A DNA stretch of 64,000 nucleotides from an uncultured Flavobacteriaceae bacterium (GTDB lineage: Bacteria; Bacteroidota; Bacteroidia; Flavobacteriales; Weeksellaceae), in assembly GCA_963519075.1 (NCBI GenBank), contig CAUQMH010000001.1, positions 26,438 to 90,437 of the forward strand, written 5' to 3'. Below the pieces are notes generated by a model that was given only the letters and a program-made list of their open reading frames with translations, ran no database searches and was not told where the DNA came from. Below, piece by piece: positions 39,216 to 48,215 of the stretch (position 1 is its first letter; each line of letters starts with the position of its first letter). Position numbers and translations under genes: made by a program.

Positions 39216-39488
39216 CTAATCCAAAAATCTATATGCCACGATTTTAAAATCAAAACTCACAGGTCTGAGACTCGCCAAATAATCTACTCTTAGATATTTC
39301 TGAGATGAATACTCCTCCACCAGTTCGCCATTTTCATTATAATTAAAATTATTATTGGGAAGTTTGACAGAAGCTATCATTTCTCCTTTGTGCATTCCTT
39401 CCACCCAGCCTTTTTCGTCGTCTAGTTCTATTTCGGACAGCAGGTCTGTTATGCCTTGTTTAGTATTGTATTCTATGTATTCTTTCAT
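39216..39488 (-). CDS. hypothetical protein
   Basis: 90 aa acidic protein. Starts 1 nt after the gpsA stop. No family recognised. Confidence 0.45.
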   Translation of the reverse strand: MKEYIEYNTKQGITDLLSEIELDDEKGWVEGMHKGEMIASVKLPNNNFNYNENGELVEEYSSQKYLRVDYLASLRPVSFDFKIVAYRFLD

Positions 39489-39489
39489 T

Positions 39490-40506
39490 TTAGTTTAGCT
39501 TTTGAACAAGTTTTGTAAATTCTTCTTCGCAATTCTTTTCTTCATAAAGGATTCTATAAATATGCTGCACGATAGGAGCATCTATCTTATTGTTTTTAAT
39601 AATCTGATAAATACCATTAGTAGCGTAGTAGCCCTCTGCCACCATGCTCATGGACTGGATAGCAGATTTCACGGTGTAGCCCTTCCCGATGTAGTTCCCA
39701 AACATTCTGTTTCTACTGAACAACGAGTAAGCCGTAACGAGCAAATCCCCGATGTACGAACTTTCATTGACATCTCTTGGCTCTGGATATACTGCATCTA
39801 GAATTCTTTCCAGCTCCCGAACGGCATTAGAAATATATACCGCTTGGAAATTATCTCCATAGCCCAGCCCATTCGCCATTCCTGCTCCTATGGCATAGAT
39901 ATTTTTGAGAACTGCGCTGTACTCATTGCCCAGAATATCATTACTTTGGTTAATTCTGATGTATCGTGACAATAACAAGTCGCTCAGCATCTGAGTGGTT
40001 TCCTTGCTGGCAGCCGCCACAGTAAGGAAAGACAAGCGCTCCATGGCAACCTCTTCCGCGTGGCACGGCCCTGCAAGAACTGCTTGGCTTCTGTATCCTA
40101 TATTAAAAGTATCACGGAGATAATTCGCCACAATATCATTATGTTTTGGAACAATTCCTTTAATCACTGAAGCAAATATCTTACCTGAATAATCACAAGT
40201 CATCTTCTCTATGGTATCCGCCAAATAGATGGATGGCGTTGCTAGAATAATCACATCGCAGGCTGTCACCAGCTCATTGATATCCATTGTCAAAACCAAT
40301 CGGTCTGGGTTAAATTTCACTGCCGTGAGATAGTGCGGATTGCTCCCTTGTGAAACCAGAGCCTCCCTTGTACCGTCATTACGAAGCAGCCAATGCACTT
40401 TTTCGCAGTTTTCCATCAGCATTTTTACTACTGCAGTGGCAAAACTACCACTTCCGATAACTCCAACTTTTGGTAAATTTTTGTTCTCAGTCATATCGTT
40501 TTTCAT
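39490..40506 (-). CDS. gpsA: NAD(P)H-dependent glycerol-3-phosphate dehydrogenase
   Basis: 338 aa. GVIGSGSFATAV Rossmann motif and GpsA-like core (NPHYL, GPCHAEEV). Confidence 0.9.
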   Translation of the reverse strand: MKNDMTENKNLPKVGVIGSGSFATAVVKMLMENCEKVHWLLRNDGTREALVSQGSNPHYLTAVKFNPDRLVLTMDINELVTACDVIILATPSIYLADTIEKMTCDYSGKIFASVIKGIVPKHNDIVANYLRDTFNIGYRSQAVLAGPCHAEEVAMERLSFLTVAAASKETTQMLSDLLLSRYIRINQSNDILGNEYSAVLKNIYAIGAGMANGLGYGDNFQAVYISNAVRELERILDAVYPEPRDVNESSYIGDLLVTAYSLFSRNRMFGNYIGKGYTVKSAIQSMSMVAEGYYATNGIYQIIKNNKIDAPIVQHIYRILYEEKNCEEEFTKLVQKLN

Positions 40507-40524
40507 TTAAACCACAAAGGTAAA

Positions 40525-40553
40525 GAAAAAAATCAAGCCTTTGTGACTTGATT
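40525..40553 (-). terminator. intrinsic terminator after the PEGA lipoprotein gene
   Basis: Hairpin aatcaag / cttgatt with a T-run on the minus strand. Confidence 0.5.
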
Positions 40554-40575
40554 TTTAAAACTATTGTTTGATATT

Positions 40576-41040
40576 TTATAACTTTTCAAGTTGTCCTACT
40601 TTTTGCCAGTTTTTATCAACTTTCAATGATACTGCTATATAAACTTCCTTTTTAGAAGATTTAAAAACAGTTCCCTGCTGAAGCTGAGCATTTATTTCAT
40701 TTGGAGTTAGTCTGTAAATTGCACCTGTAATAGGGTCAACAACTAAACCAATAATTCCACCAAAAACAATGTTTCCTATATACCACGCATTAAATTGCTT
40801 AGTCAGTTTAGTTTTGTATGGTTCATATCCTTCTAATCTTATCTCTACTTCATACTCTCTTTTTCTTTCTAATTTCGTTTCAAATGGAGTTTTTCCCACT
40901 TCTGTTTCATCAATAAAAACAGTAGCGTTTGTAGGTGTACTATCAAATTTGACAGTTTGTCTACTTCCTGAAACGATAGTTGCGCAGCTGCTTAAAAAAA
41001 AGAGAGAGGCAACTCCCAATAACATAATTGTCTTTTTCAT
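40576..41040 (-). CDS. PEGA-domain lipoprotein
   Basis: 154 aa. Lipobox FLSSC, a PEGA-like segment (ATVFIDETEVGKTP...EGYEPY) and a C-terminal hydrophobic segment. Confidence 0.6.
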   Translation of the reverse strand: MKKTIMLLGVASLFFLSSCATIVSGSRQTVKFDSTPTNATVFIDETEVGKTPFETKLERKREYEVEIRLEGYEPYKTKLTKQFNAWYIGNIVFGGIIGLVVDPITGAIYRLTPNEINAQLQQGTVFKSSKKEVYIAVSLKVDKNWQKVGQLEKL

Positions 41041-41046
41041 AAATCT

Positions 41047-41436
41047 TTATTTTATTATTTTAAGTTTGTATTGTTTTAGTTCTTCTACATTACCATCATA
41101 AAAATAAAACTCTAATTCCATTCTATGGCATGAGCTCCATAAATCAGGATAAGTAACTTTGGTTATTTTAACTATATTAGCTCCGTTTTCTCGTGCCATT
41201 TTTCTAGCTTTTATCAAATTAGAATCATAGTCACAATCTACTGAAAAACCAGTATCTCCATATCTTGCTGTTCCTATCTTAGTTGCTCCTGCAGGCACAT
41301 CATGCTGTATTAACAGGAAAGCCACTTTTTCATTAGATGTCAAAGCCTCTCTTCTATTATCAAAATTACTTTTAACTCTTGCTCCACAGCTCAATAATGT
41401 TCCCAATAACATTATTAATAAAATATTTATCCTCAT
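41047..41436 (-). CDS. hypothetical lipoprotein
   Basis: 129 aa. Lipobox LLSCG. No family recognised. Confidence 0.55.
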   Translation of the reverse strand: MRINILLIMLLGTLLSCGARVKSNFDNRREALTSNEKVAFLLIQHDVPAGATKIGTARYGDTGFSVDCDYDSNLIKARKMARENGANIVKITKVTYPDLWSSCHRMELEFYFYDGNVEELKQYKLKIIK

Positions 41437-41552
41437 ATCAAAATAATTTATATCTGTAAAAATTAGACGACAATCTTTACTATGTTTAAAGGCTATTTAT
41501 TGCCAATAAATTTTCGTACAAAAATACCTTTTTGGTTTCAAAAAACAACATA

Positions 41553-41560
41553 TAAATTTG
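41553..41560 (+). promoter_or_regulatory. orphan -7 box TAAATTTG with a -33-like TTTG 18 nt upstream
   Basis: Exact TAnnTTTG match, with TTTG at 41531-41534. There is no annotated plus-strand gene downstream. A terminator follows about 120 nt later. Confidence 0.35.
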
Positions 41561-41676
41561 TGATTTTAATCATAATTATGAGAGCTTCTATGGAGGAAAA
41601 TTTTATATATAGAACATTAATAATAATTAACAAATCAAAAACCTGAAATCACTTTTGGATAAAAACAAATAACAAC

Positions 41677-41710
41677 AAAAATCCTTCAAAATTGAAGGAT
41701 TTTATTTTTG
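41677..41710. terminator. intrinsic terminator hairpin usable on both strands
   Basis: Stem atccttc / gaaggat with a 6-nt loop. The downstream tail is TTTATTTTT on the plus strand and TTTTGTTGTT on the minus strand. Confidence 0.55.
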
Positions 41711-41734
41711 GATTTACATTTAAATTTTAAAATA

Positions 41735-41810
41735 ACCATTTAGACCCGCCATAAGGTTTCTATGAAAAAGAGCAATAACAAGATTAAATTATTCGGCAGG
41801 TCTAAATGGT
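41735..41810 (-). repeat. 16-bp inverted repeat (long hairpin) just downstream of the clpB stop
   Basis: accatttagacccgcc (41735-41750) pairs with ggcaggtctaaatggt (41795-41810). The single mismatch becomes a G-U pair on the minus-strand (clpB) transcript. Confidence 0.6.
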
Positions 41811-41829
41811 CTTTATAACATTATAACTA

Positions 41830-44418
41830 TTACTCTGCAGGTCTGAAAACCAGCTTATTATCAAAACAATCTACTGTCACTTTCTCACCTTCTTTTATAT
41901 TTCCAGCCAAAATCTCTTTTGAGAGTTTATTCAGAACTTCCTGCTGCACTACTCGTTTCAGCGGTCTAGCTCCAAATGCTGGGTCGTAGCCTTTTTTCAG
42001 AATGAAGTCTATCGCTTCCTGCGTTGCAGTCAAGATGATATTTCTGCTTTCCAGCATTTTGTTGATTCCTCTTAGTTGGAACTGAACGATTTTTCCGATT
42101 TCATTGTAATTCAATGGTTGGAACAGCACCGTTTCATCTATTCTGTTGAGGAACTCTGGTCGTAGAGTTTGTTTCAACAGGTCAAATACTTCTTCTTTGG
42201 TTTTTTCTACGATTTCAGTTAAATTACTTTCATTAATTTTCTCAAAATTCTCCTGAATAATATGAGAACCAAGGTTGGAAGTCATGATGATAATTGTATT
42301 TTTAAAATTCACCACGCGCCCTTTATTGTCTGTCAATCGCCCATCATCCAGCACTTGAAGCAAAGTATTAAACACATCTGGGTGTGCCTTTTCCACCTCA
42401 TCCAGAAGCACCACAGAATACGGTCTTCTTCTCACCGCTTCGGTCAGCTGTCCACCCTCATCATAGCCTACATACCCCGGAGGCGCCCCTACCAATCTAG
42501 AAACGGAGTGTTTCTCCTGATATTCAGACATATCGATACGGGTCATATTATTTTCATCATCAAATAAGAACTCCGCCAAGGCTTTGGCTAATTCAGTTTT
42601 ACCAACTCCCGTAGTTCCAAGGAAAAGGAAAGATCCGATAGGTTTTTTCTCATCATTCAGTCCCGCTCTATTTCTTCGGATAGCATCAGCTACGGATTGT
42701 ATCGCTTCCTCTTGCCCTACTACTCTTTTGTGGAGTTCATCTTCCAAATGAAGCAGTTTTTCTCTTTCGGACTGAAGTAACTTAGTCACTGGAATTCCTG
42801 TCCATTTCGCCACCACTTCAGAGATGTTTTCTGCGGTAACTTCCTCTTTTACAAGCTCATTCTGCTGATTCTGCATCGCCAGCTCCAGTTTTTGTAGCTC
42901 GTCCTCTTTTTCGCGGAGTTTTCCATATTGTATCTCCGAAACTTTTGCATAATCGCCCATACGCTGAGCTCTTTCAGCTTCTAATTTCAAGCTTTCAATA
43001 TCTTTTTTAATCTGAGTCAAATCCTCGGATTTCTGCTTTTCACTAAGCCATTTTGCGTTGATTTGGTTTCGCTCCTCAGTGATTTTCGCAATATCTTCTT
43101 TCAGATGGTCTATCTTGGTCTGGTTGCCCTCTCTGGAAATTGCCGCCAGCTCTATCTCCATCTGCATAAGTTTTCTGTCTAAAACATCCAATTCCTCTGG
43201 TTTGGAATTGATTTCCATTCTTAATTTTGCAGAAGCTTCATCTATTAGGTCAATGGCTTTATCTGGTAAAAATCTATCCGAAATATATCGCTGAGACATT
43301 TCTACCGCGGCGATGATGGCTTCGTCTTTGATTCTAATCTTGTGGTGAAATTCATATTTGTCTTTGATTCCACGAAGAATAGAAATCGCTGATTCTGTAT
43401 CTGGCTCTTCCACCATTACTTTTTGGAAACGGCGTTCCAGAGCTTTGTCTTTCTCAAAGTATTTTTGATACTCGTTAAGCGTTGTAGCACCGATGGAACG
43501 AAGCTCTCCTCTCGCCAAAGCAGGTTTCAGGATATTCGCAGCATCCATCGCTCCCTCGCCGCCGCCTGCGCCTACAAGGGTGTGGATTTCATCGATGAAA
43601 AGAATAATCTGTCCATCAGATTTCACCACTTCATTTACTACGGATTTTAGTCTTTCTTCGAACTCTCCTTTGTATTTCGCACCTGCAATCAATGCTCCCA
43701 TATCAAGTGAATATAGCGTTTTGTCCATCAAGTTTTCTGGAACATCTCCACTGATGATTCTATGAGCTATTCCCTCTGCGATGGCGGTCTTACCCACTCC
43801 TGGCTCACCGATGAGAATAGGGTTGTTCTTGGTTCTTCGCGAAAGAATCTGCAGCACTCTTCGGATTTCTTCATCTCGCCCGATTACTGGGTCTAATTTC
43901 CCTTCTGCTGCCAGTTCATTGAAGTTTTTAGCATATTTATTAAGCGATTGGTAAGTCTCTTCGGAACTCGCCGAAGTCGCCTTTGAACCTTTTCTAAGTT
44001 CTTTGATTCCTCCTTCCAAAAGGGATTTGGTCACGCCCATATCTTTCAACATCTGCGAAACGGAAGAACTCACCTCTAATAATGCCAGCCAAATATGCTC
44101 CAAAGTCACATACTCATCGCCCATTCTTTTAGCGATATTAGGCGCTTCCAAAAGGACTTTGCTGGCACCTTGAGAAAGGTAAATATTTCCGCCTTCCACT
44201 TTTGGGAGGCTTTCCAAAGATTCTCTGTTTCTTTGTCTTATCAGGTTAAGGTCGGTTTCTGCTTTTTTCATTAGAAAAGCCGAGATATTCTCATCCACTT
44301 GGAAAATCCCTTCCAATAGATGCTGAGGTTCTATACTCTGGTTGCCAAAATCCAAAGCAATCTGTTGTGCTTTTTGGATGGCTTCTTGTGATTTTACGGT
44401 ATATTGATTTAGATTCAT
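41830..44418 (-). CDS. clpB: ATP-dependent chaperone ClpB
   Basis: 862 aa. Clp N domain, two AAA+ modules (GEPGVGKTA and GTTGVGKTE Walker A motifs) and a long coiled-coil middle domain. Confidence 0.97.
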   Translation of the reverse strand: MNLNQYTVKSQEAIQKAQQIALDFGNQSIEPQHLLEGIFQVDENISAFLMKKAETDLNLIRQRNRESLESLPKVEGGNIYLSQGASKVLLEAPNIAKRMGDEYVTLEHIWLALLEVSSSVSQMLKDMGVTKSLLEGGIKELRKGSKATSASSEETYQSLNKYAKNFNELAAEGKLDPVIGRDEEIRRVLQILSRRTKNNPILIGEPGVGKTAIAEGIAHRIISGDVPENLMDKTLYSLDMGALIAGAKYKGEFEERLKSVVNEVVKSDGQIILFIDEIHTLVGAGGGEGAMDAANILKPALARGELRSIGATTLNEYQKYFEKDKALERRFQKVMVEEPDTESAISILRGIKDKYEFHHKIRIKDEAIIAAVEMSQRYISDRFLPDKAIDLIDEASAKLRMEINSKPEELDVLDRKLMQMEIELAAISREGNQTKIDHLKEDIAKITEERNQINAKWLSEKQKSEDLTQIKKDIESLKLEAERAQRMGDYAKVSEIQYGKLREKEDELQKLELAMQNQQNELVKEEVTAENISEVVAKWTGIPVTKLLQSEREKLLHLEDELHKRVVGQEEAIQSVADAIRRNRAGLNDEKKPIGSFLFLGTTGVGKTELAKALAEFLFDDENNMTRIDMSEYQEKHSVSRLVGAPPGYVGYDEGGQLTEAVRRRPYSVVLLDEVEKAHPDVFNTLLQVLDDGRLTDNKGRVVNFKNTIIIMTSNLGSHIIQENFEKINESNLTEIVEKTKEEVFDLLKQTLRPEFLNRIDETVLFQPLNYNEIGKIVQFQLRGINKMLESRNIILTATQEAIDFILKKGYDPAFGARPLKRVVQQEVLNKLSKEILAGNIKEGEKVTVDCFDNKLVFRPAE

Positions 44419-44474
44419 AATTCTTTATTTTAAAAGTTATCTGAAATCTAAATTGCAAAAACCATTCTATTACA

Positions 44475-44482
44475 CAAAATTA
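44475..44482 (-). promoter_or_regulatory. -7 box (TAATTTTG on the minus strand) upstream of clpB
   Basis: Plus-strand CAAAATTA lies 57 nt upstream of the clpB ATG at 44418. Confidence 0.35.
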
Positions 44483-44584
44483 GACAAAATTTCCGAAAAT
44501 GATTTAAAAACGATATTTTTAACCTGACAAAATTTCCTAACTTCGCTTTTACGAGCAAAAATCAGGAATTTTATTCATTCTTTT

Positions 44585-46375
44585 TTAGCTGTTAAAATGC
44601 TCCCAAACTGCCTTTGCCTTGGATTTTCCTAAAATCTCTTCCAGTGTTTCCAAAGAGGCTCCTTTTATTCTTTTTACAGATTTTAATTTAGATAAAAGCT
44701 GCTGGATAGTTTTTTCGCCTACGCCAGGGATTTCCTCTAATTCTGATTTTATTGTAGAATTTTTCCTTCTCGTGCGGTGATGCTTTACACCGAAACGATG
44801 CGACTCATCCCGAACCCGCTGGAGAACCTTCAAGGTTTCCGATTTTTTATCTAAATACAATGGAACTGGATCTTCGGGAAAGAAAATTTCTTCCAATCTT
44901 TTCGCTATTCCGATGATGGAGATTTTCCCATACAACCCAAGAAGTTTCAGGCTTTTCACTGCGGAACCGAGCTGACCTTTTCCGCCGTCTATCAAAATCA
45001 GTTGCGGCAGTGGTTCGCCCTCATCCAAAAGCCTGCTGTATCGGCGATAGATGACTTCTTCCATCGTAGCAAAATCATTCGGCCCTTCCACGGTTTTTAC
45101 ATGAAAAATCCGATAATCCGCCTTGCTGGGCTTCCCATCTTTGAAAACCACACACGCCGAAACGGGATTTGTCCCTTGAATATTAGAATTATCAAAACCT
45201 TCTATATGCCGCGGCTCTTCGGGAAGTCTGAGGAGCTTTTTCATCTCCGCCATGATGCGATTGGTATGTCTTTCTGGATCTACTATCTGCACCTGCTTGA
45301 GTTTTTCCACGCGGTATTCCATTGCGTTTTTCTCGGAAAGCTCTACGATACGCTTTTTGTCACCCAGTTTAGGGACAATCAGCTTCACATGTGGAATTTC
45401 TATATTAAGATGAAACGGAAGAAAAATTTCCGTAGAAGTAGAATTAAATTTATTCCTAATCTCTATCAGGGCTTCTTCCAATATTTCTTCATCAGTTTCG
45501 TCCAGCATTTTTTTGATTTCTGTGGTGTAGGACTGAATAATAGAACCGTTTTTAATTTTGAAATAATTGACATAAGCCGCCGCTTCATCACTGATAATAC
45601 CGAAGACATCCACATCGTTTATATTGGAACTCACGATAGTGGTGTGAGTCTGGTAATTTTCTAAAATCTGTAATTTTTCCTTGCTCTGCTGGGCGTTTTC
45701 AAATTCCAGTTTTGCGGCGTAGTTGTACATTTCAGCTTCTAAATATTCCCGCGCTGCCTTGAATTCGCCTTTGATAATCCCACGAATGGCGTTTAGCTTT
45801 TGGGCATATTCTTCCTCAGATTCTAGTCCTTCACAAGGGCCAGCACAGTTTTTAATGTGATATTCCAGACAGACTTTATATTTCCCTTCTTTTATCTTTT
45901 TGGGAGAAAGATTCAGGCTGCAAGTCCTGAGTTTATAGATGTTTTTGATAACTTCTATCAGCGTTTTTGCCTGTTTTACTTTCGCATAAGGCCCGTAGTA
46001 TTCCGAACCGTCTTTGATGACATTTCTCGTTAAAAAAATCCGAGGAAAAGACTCTTTTTTGATGCAAATCCATGGATAGGACTTGTCATCTTTCAGCAGA
46101 ATATTGTAGAATGGCTGATATTCTTTTATGAGGTTGTTTTCCAGAAGAAGTGCATCGTACTCGCTATTAACTACGGTGGTTTCCAGCCTTACGATTTTAG
46201 AAACCATCATTCGGGTTTTATATCCGATTTGACTTTTATTAAAATAAGATAGAACCCTGTTTTTCAGGTTTTTAGCCTTTCCGACATACAAAATCTCGCC
46301 CTTTTTATCGTAATAACGATAAACACCAGGTTCCGAAGGCAATGTTTTTAGCTGAAGTTCTAATTCTGAATGCAC
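44585..46375 (-). CDS. uvrC: excinuclease ABC subunit C
   Basis: 596 aa. GIY-YIG N-terminus (GVYRYYDKKGEILYVGKAKNLKNR), UvrBC-binding region, an endonuclease V-like domain and a C-terminal HhH. Confidence 0.95.
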   Translation of the reverse strand: MHSELELQLKTLPSEPGVYRYYDKKGEILYVGKAKNLKNRVLSYFNKSQIGYKTRMMVSKIVRLETTVVNSEYDALLLENNLIKEYQPFYNILLKDDKSYPWICIKKESFPRIFLTRNVIKDGSEYYGPYAKVKQAKTLIEVIKNIYKLRTCSLNLSPKKIKEGKYKVCLEYHIKNCAGPCEGLESEEEYAQKLNAIRGIIKGEFKAAREYLEAEMYNYAAKLEFENAQQSKEKLQILENYQTHTTIVSSNINDVDVFGIISDEAAAYVNYFKIKNGSIIQSYTTEIKKMLDETDEEILEEALIEIRNKFNSTSTEIFLPFHLNIEIPHVKLIVPKLGDKKRIVELSEKNAMEYRVEKLKQVQIVDPERHTNRIMAEMKKLLRLPEEPRHIEGFDNSNIQGTNPVSACVVFKDGKPSKADYRIFHVKTVEGPNDFATMEEVIYRRYSRLLDEGEPLPQLILIDGGKGQLGSAVKSLKLLGLYGKISIIGIAKRLEEIFFPEDPVPLYLDKKSETLKVLQRVRDESHRFGVKHHRTRRKNSTIKSELEEIPGVGEKTIQQLLSKLKSVKRIKGASLETLEEILGKSKAKAVWEHFNS

Positions 46376-46400
46376 ATAGCAAAAGTAAAGAAAAATTTAG

Positions 46401-47360
46401 TTATTTCGTGCTTGTCAGGAACTGATTTATAAGTTTAGACATTTTCTCGGCTCCTGTTTCCGAAAGGTGGTCAGCATCACTAAAATCTTTTTCAGTGAAA
46501 AGATTTCCTTCGTTTTTTAGCAGATTGATGTACTGGCAGTTGCTGTTTTTTCGGCAGATATCTTCTATAATTTTATGAGTATTGTCCCATTGGTCTGTGT
46601 TTATTCTGCTATAATAAGTTTTATAAGTTGGTGTTGTAACAAATACCACTTTCACCTTTTTCTGTTTTGACCAATTTACAATTTTACCCAAAACATTAGT
46701 CAGCTCATCATGTATTTCTACCCTGCTCCTTTCGGTTATGTCGTAAGTGTGTCTTTCCGCAGCAGCCACTCCTGTTTCTTCTAAATCCTCTGTGGTTTTT
46801 GCTGGTTTTAGGGAAATCCATCCGTCATACATTTTAGTTGTAAATGTACTGTCTATGAACGCCTTATCGTTTTTAATTTTTTTAGTGTAATACGATTTTA
46901 TTCGCCCATAATTTATATCCAGCTTATTGGTCAGAACCTCAAAATTATTTGTAGCTTTGGATGTTGATATATCGTAGTATATGTTATAATTCTTTGCTCT
47001 CCAAGGTTCTGGCCCAGTTTCCAATGTCGAATACAATGAGAAACACGAAATATCTACAATGATGGTTTTCAGATTTTTAAATCTATCTTGATATTTTTCT
47101 AAAATTTTATAATCCAAATCCAATGACTGGGAAACATACGCCATATTATAAGTCTTTTGGCTGAAATATTTAGGATTTATGCCATACAAACTATGCGAGC
47201 TTCCTAAAACCAAAACCTCTATTTCATCCGAGTGACTGTCCATATAATTTCTTTTCTGCTTGTAGTCATTAGGAATAGCTCTCAAAGAAATTTCCATTAT
47301 CACCGCTAAAACAAATATTGGTAATAGAAAAAAAATTGTTTTTGATATGAATTTTTTCAT
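46401..47360 (-). CDS. membrane-anchored SGNH/GDSL-like hydrolase-fold protein
   Basis: 319 aa. N-terminal TM anchor, block I-like LVLGSSHS and C-terminal DADHLS (DxxH) motif. The assignment is tentative. Confidence 0.45.
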   Translation of the reverse strand: MKKFISKTIFFLLPIFVLAVIMEISLRAIPNDYKQKRNYMDSHSDEIEVLVLGSSHSLYGINPKYFSQKTYNMAYVSQSLDLDYKILEKYQDRFKNLKTIIVDISCFSLYSTLETGPEPWRAKNYNIYYDISTSKATNNFEVLTNKLDINYGRIKSYYTKKIKNDKAFIDSTFTTKMYDGWISLKPAKTTEDLEETGVAAAERHTYDITERSRVEIHDELTNVLGKIVNWSKQKKVKVVFVTTPTYKTYYSRINTDQWDNTHKIIEDICRKNSNCQYINLLKNEGNLFTEKDFSDADHLSETGAEKMSKLINQFLTSTK

Positions 47361-47378
47361 AGAACTAAAATAGATACA

Positions 47379-47415
47379 AAAATATGCAAAAACAGAGGAT
47401 TCTTTTGCATATTTT
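47379..47415 (-). terminator. 13-bp perfect hairpin at the 3' end of the CPBP gene
   Basis: aaaatatgcaaaa / ttttgcatatttt with an 11-nt loop. It overlaps the CPBP stop codon. The U-tail is weak. Confidence 0.4.
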
Positions 47416-48112
47416 ATCTCAGAAAAGCCATTAAATTAATCATTGAATGAAAAAGCAATCCCCAGACAAAACCTAATTTCAGTCTCTGCACAGAACAGAC
47501 ATACCCTAAAATCATTTGTGGAAGAACATACACAGGATAGAGCAGCGCCAGTTCCCAATGCAGATTTTCTATATTAACAATATGTAACAACCCAAAAAGA
47601 ACAACAGACACCATTGTGATTATTTTCTGTCTTTTCCCAATGGTTGTTTCTATTTCAGGTTTTCGTTTCAGTAGATTAAAAACAAGAAAAGACAGCAATC
47701 CTGACACTACCAAAGACACCAGCAAAAGCCAATCTATTTTGATAATATAATAAGTTTTATTCAATATCAAGAACGAAGAAACAAAAGTAAATATCGCGAT
47801 ATTTCTACGCTTAGGGACTAAAATCAGCCTAAAAATAAGCTCTTCCATCAGAGGCCCTAAAATCACAACTAGGAAAAAACCATAATATCCTTTTATTTTC
47901 TTTTGGCTTTCTACCATTAATTTAAAAACGGAAGGAAAACCCATTTTCTTTATCAAGAAATCATCCACCAAAAACATTAGCAATAAAGCGCAAATCTGCA
48001 ATACAAAATACAATAATATGCCCTTTGCAAAATATTTTATTTTCTTGATTAAAGGATATTGGTGTCTATAATCTATCTCTGATAGTGAGTAAAACTTAAG
48101 CAGATCTTTCAT
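47414..48112 (-). CDS. CPBP-family intramembrane glutamic endopeptidase (CAAX protease/Abi family)
   Basis: 232 aa polytopic protein. EELIFR motif (PLMEELIFRLIL) and FGLLH motif. Confidence 0.8.
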   Translation of the reverse strand: MKDLLKFYSLSEIDYRHQYPLIKKIKYFAKGILLYFVLQICALLLMFLVDDFLIKKMGFPSVFKLMVESQKKIKGYYGFFLVVILGPLMEELIFRLILVPKRRNIAIFTFVSSFLILNKTYYIIKIDWLLLVSLVVSGLLSFLVFNLLKRKPEIETTIGKRQKIITMVSVVLFGLLHIVNIENLHWELALLYPVYVLPQMILGYVCSVQRLKLGFVWGLLFHSMINLMAFLR

Positions 48113-48215
48113 ATTTCATTCAAATTGTGGCGAATTTAATTATTTGTCTATTCAAACACAATTTTAATAATAGAATTTCGTATTTTTATGGCTTTAATTT
48201 TAATAAAATCTAAAA

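Noticed and set aside
45002-45664. 220-aa plus-strand ORF
   Set aside because: It is antisense to the intact uvrC gene. The translation has no recognisable domain and an odd composition (Phe/Ile/His-rich).
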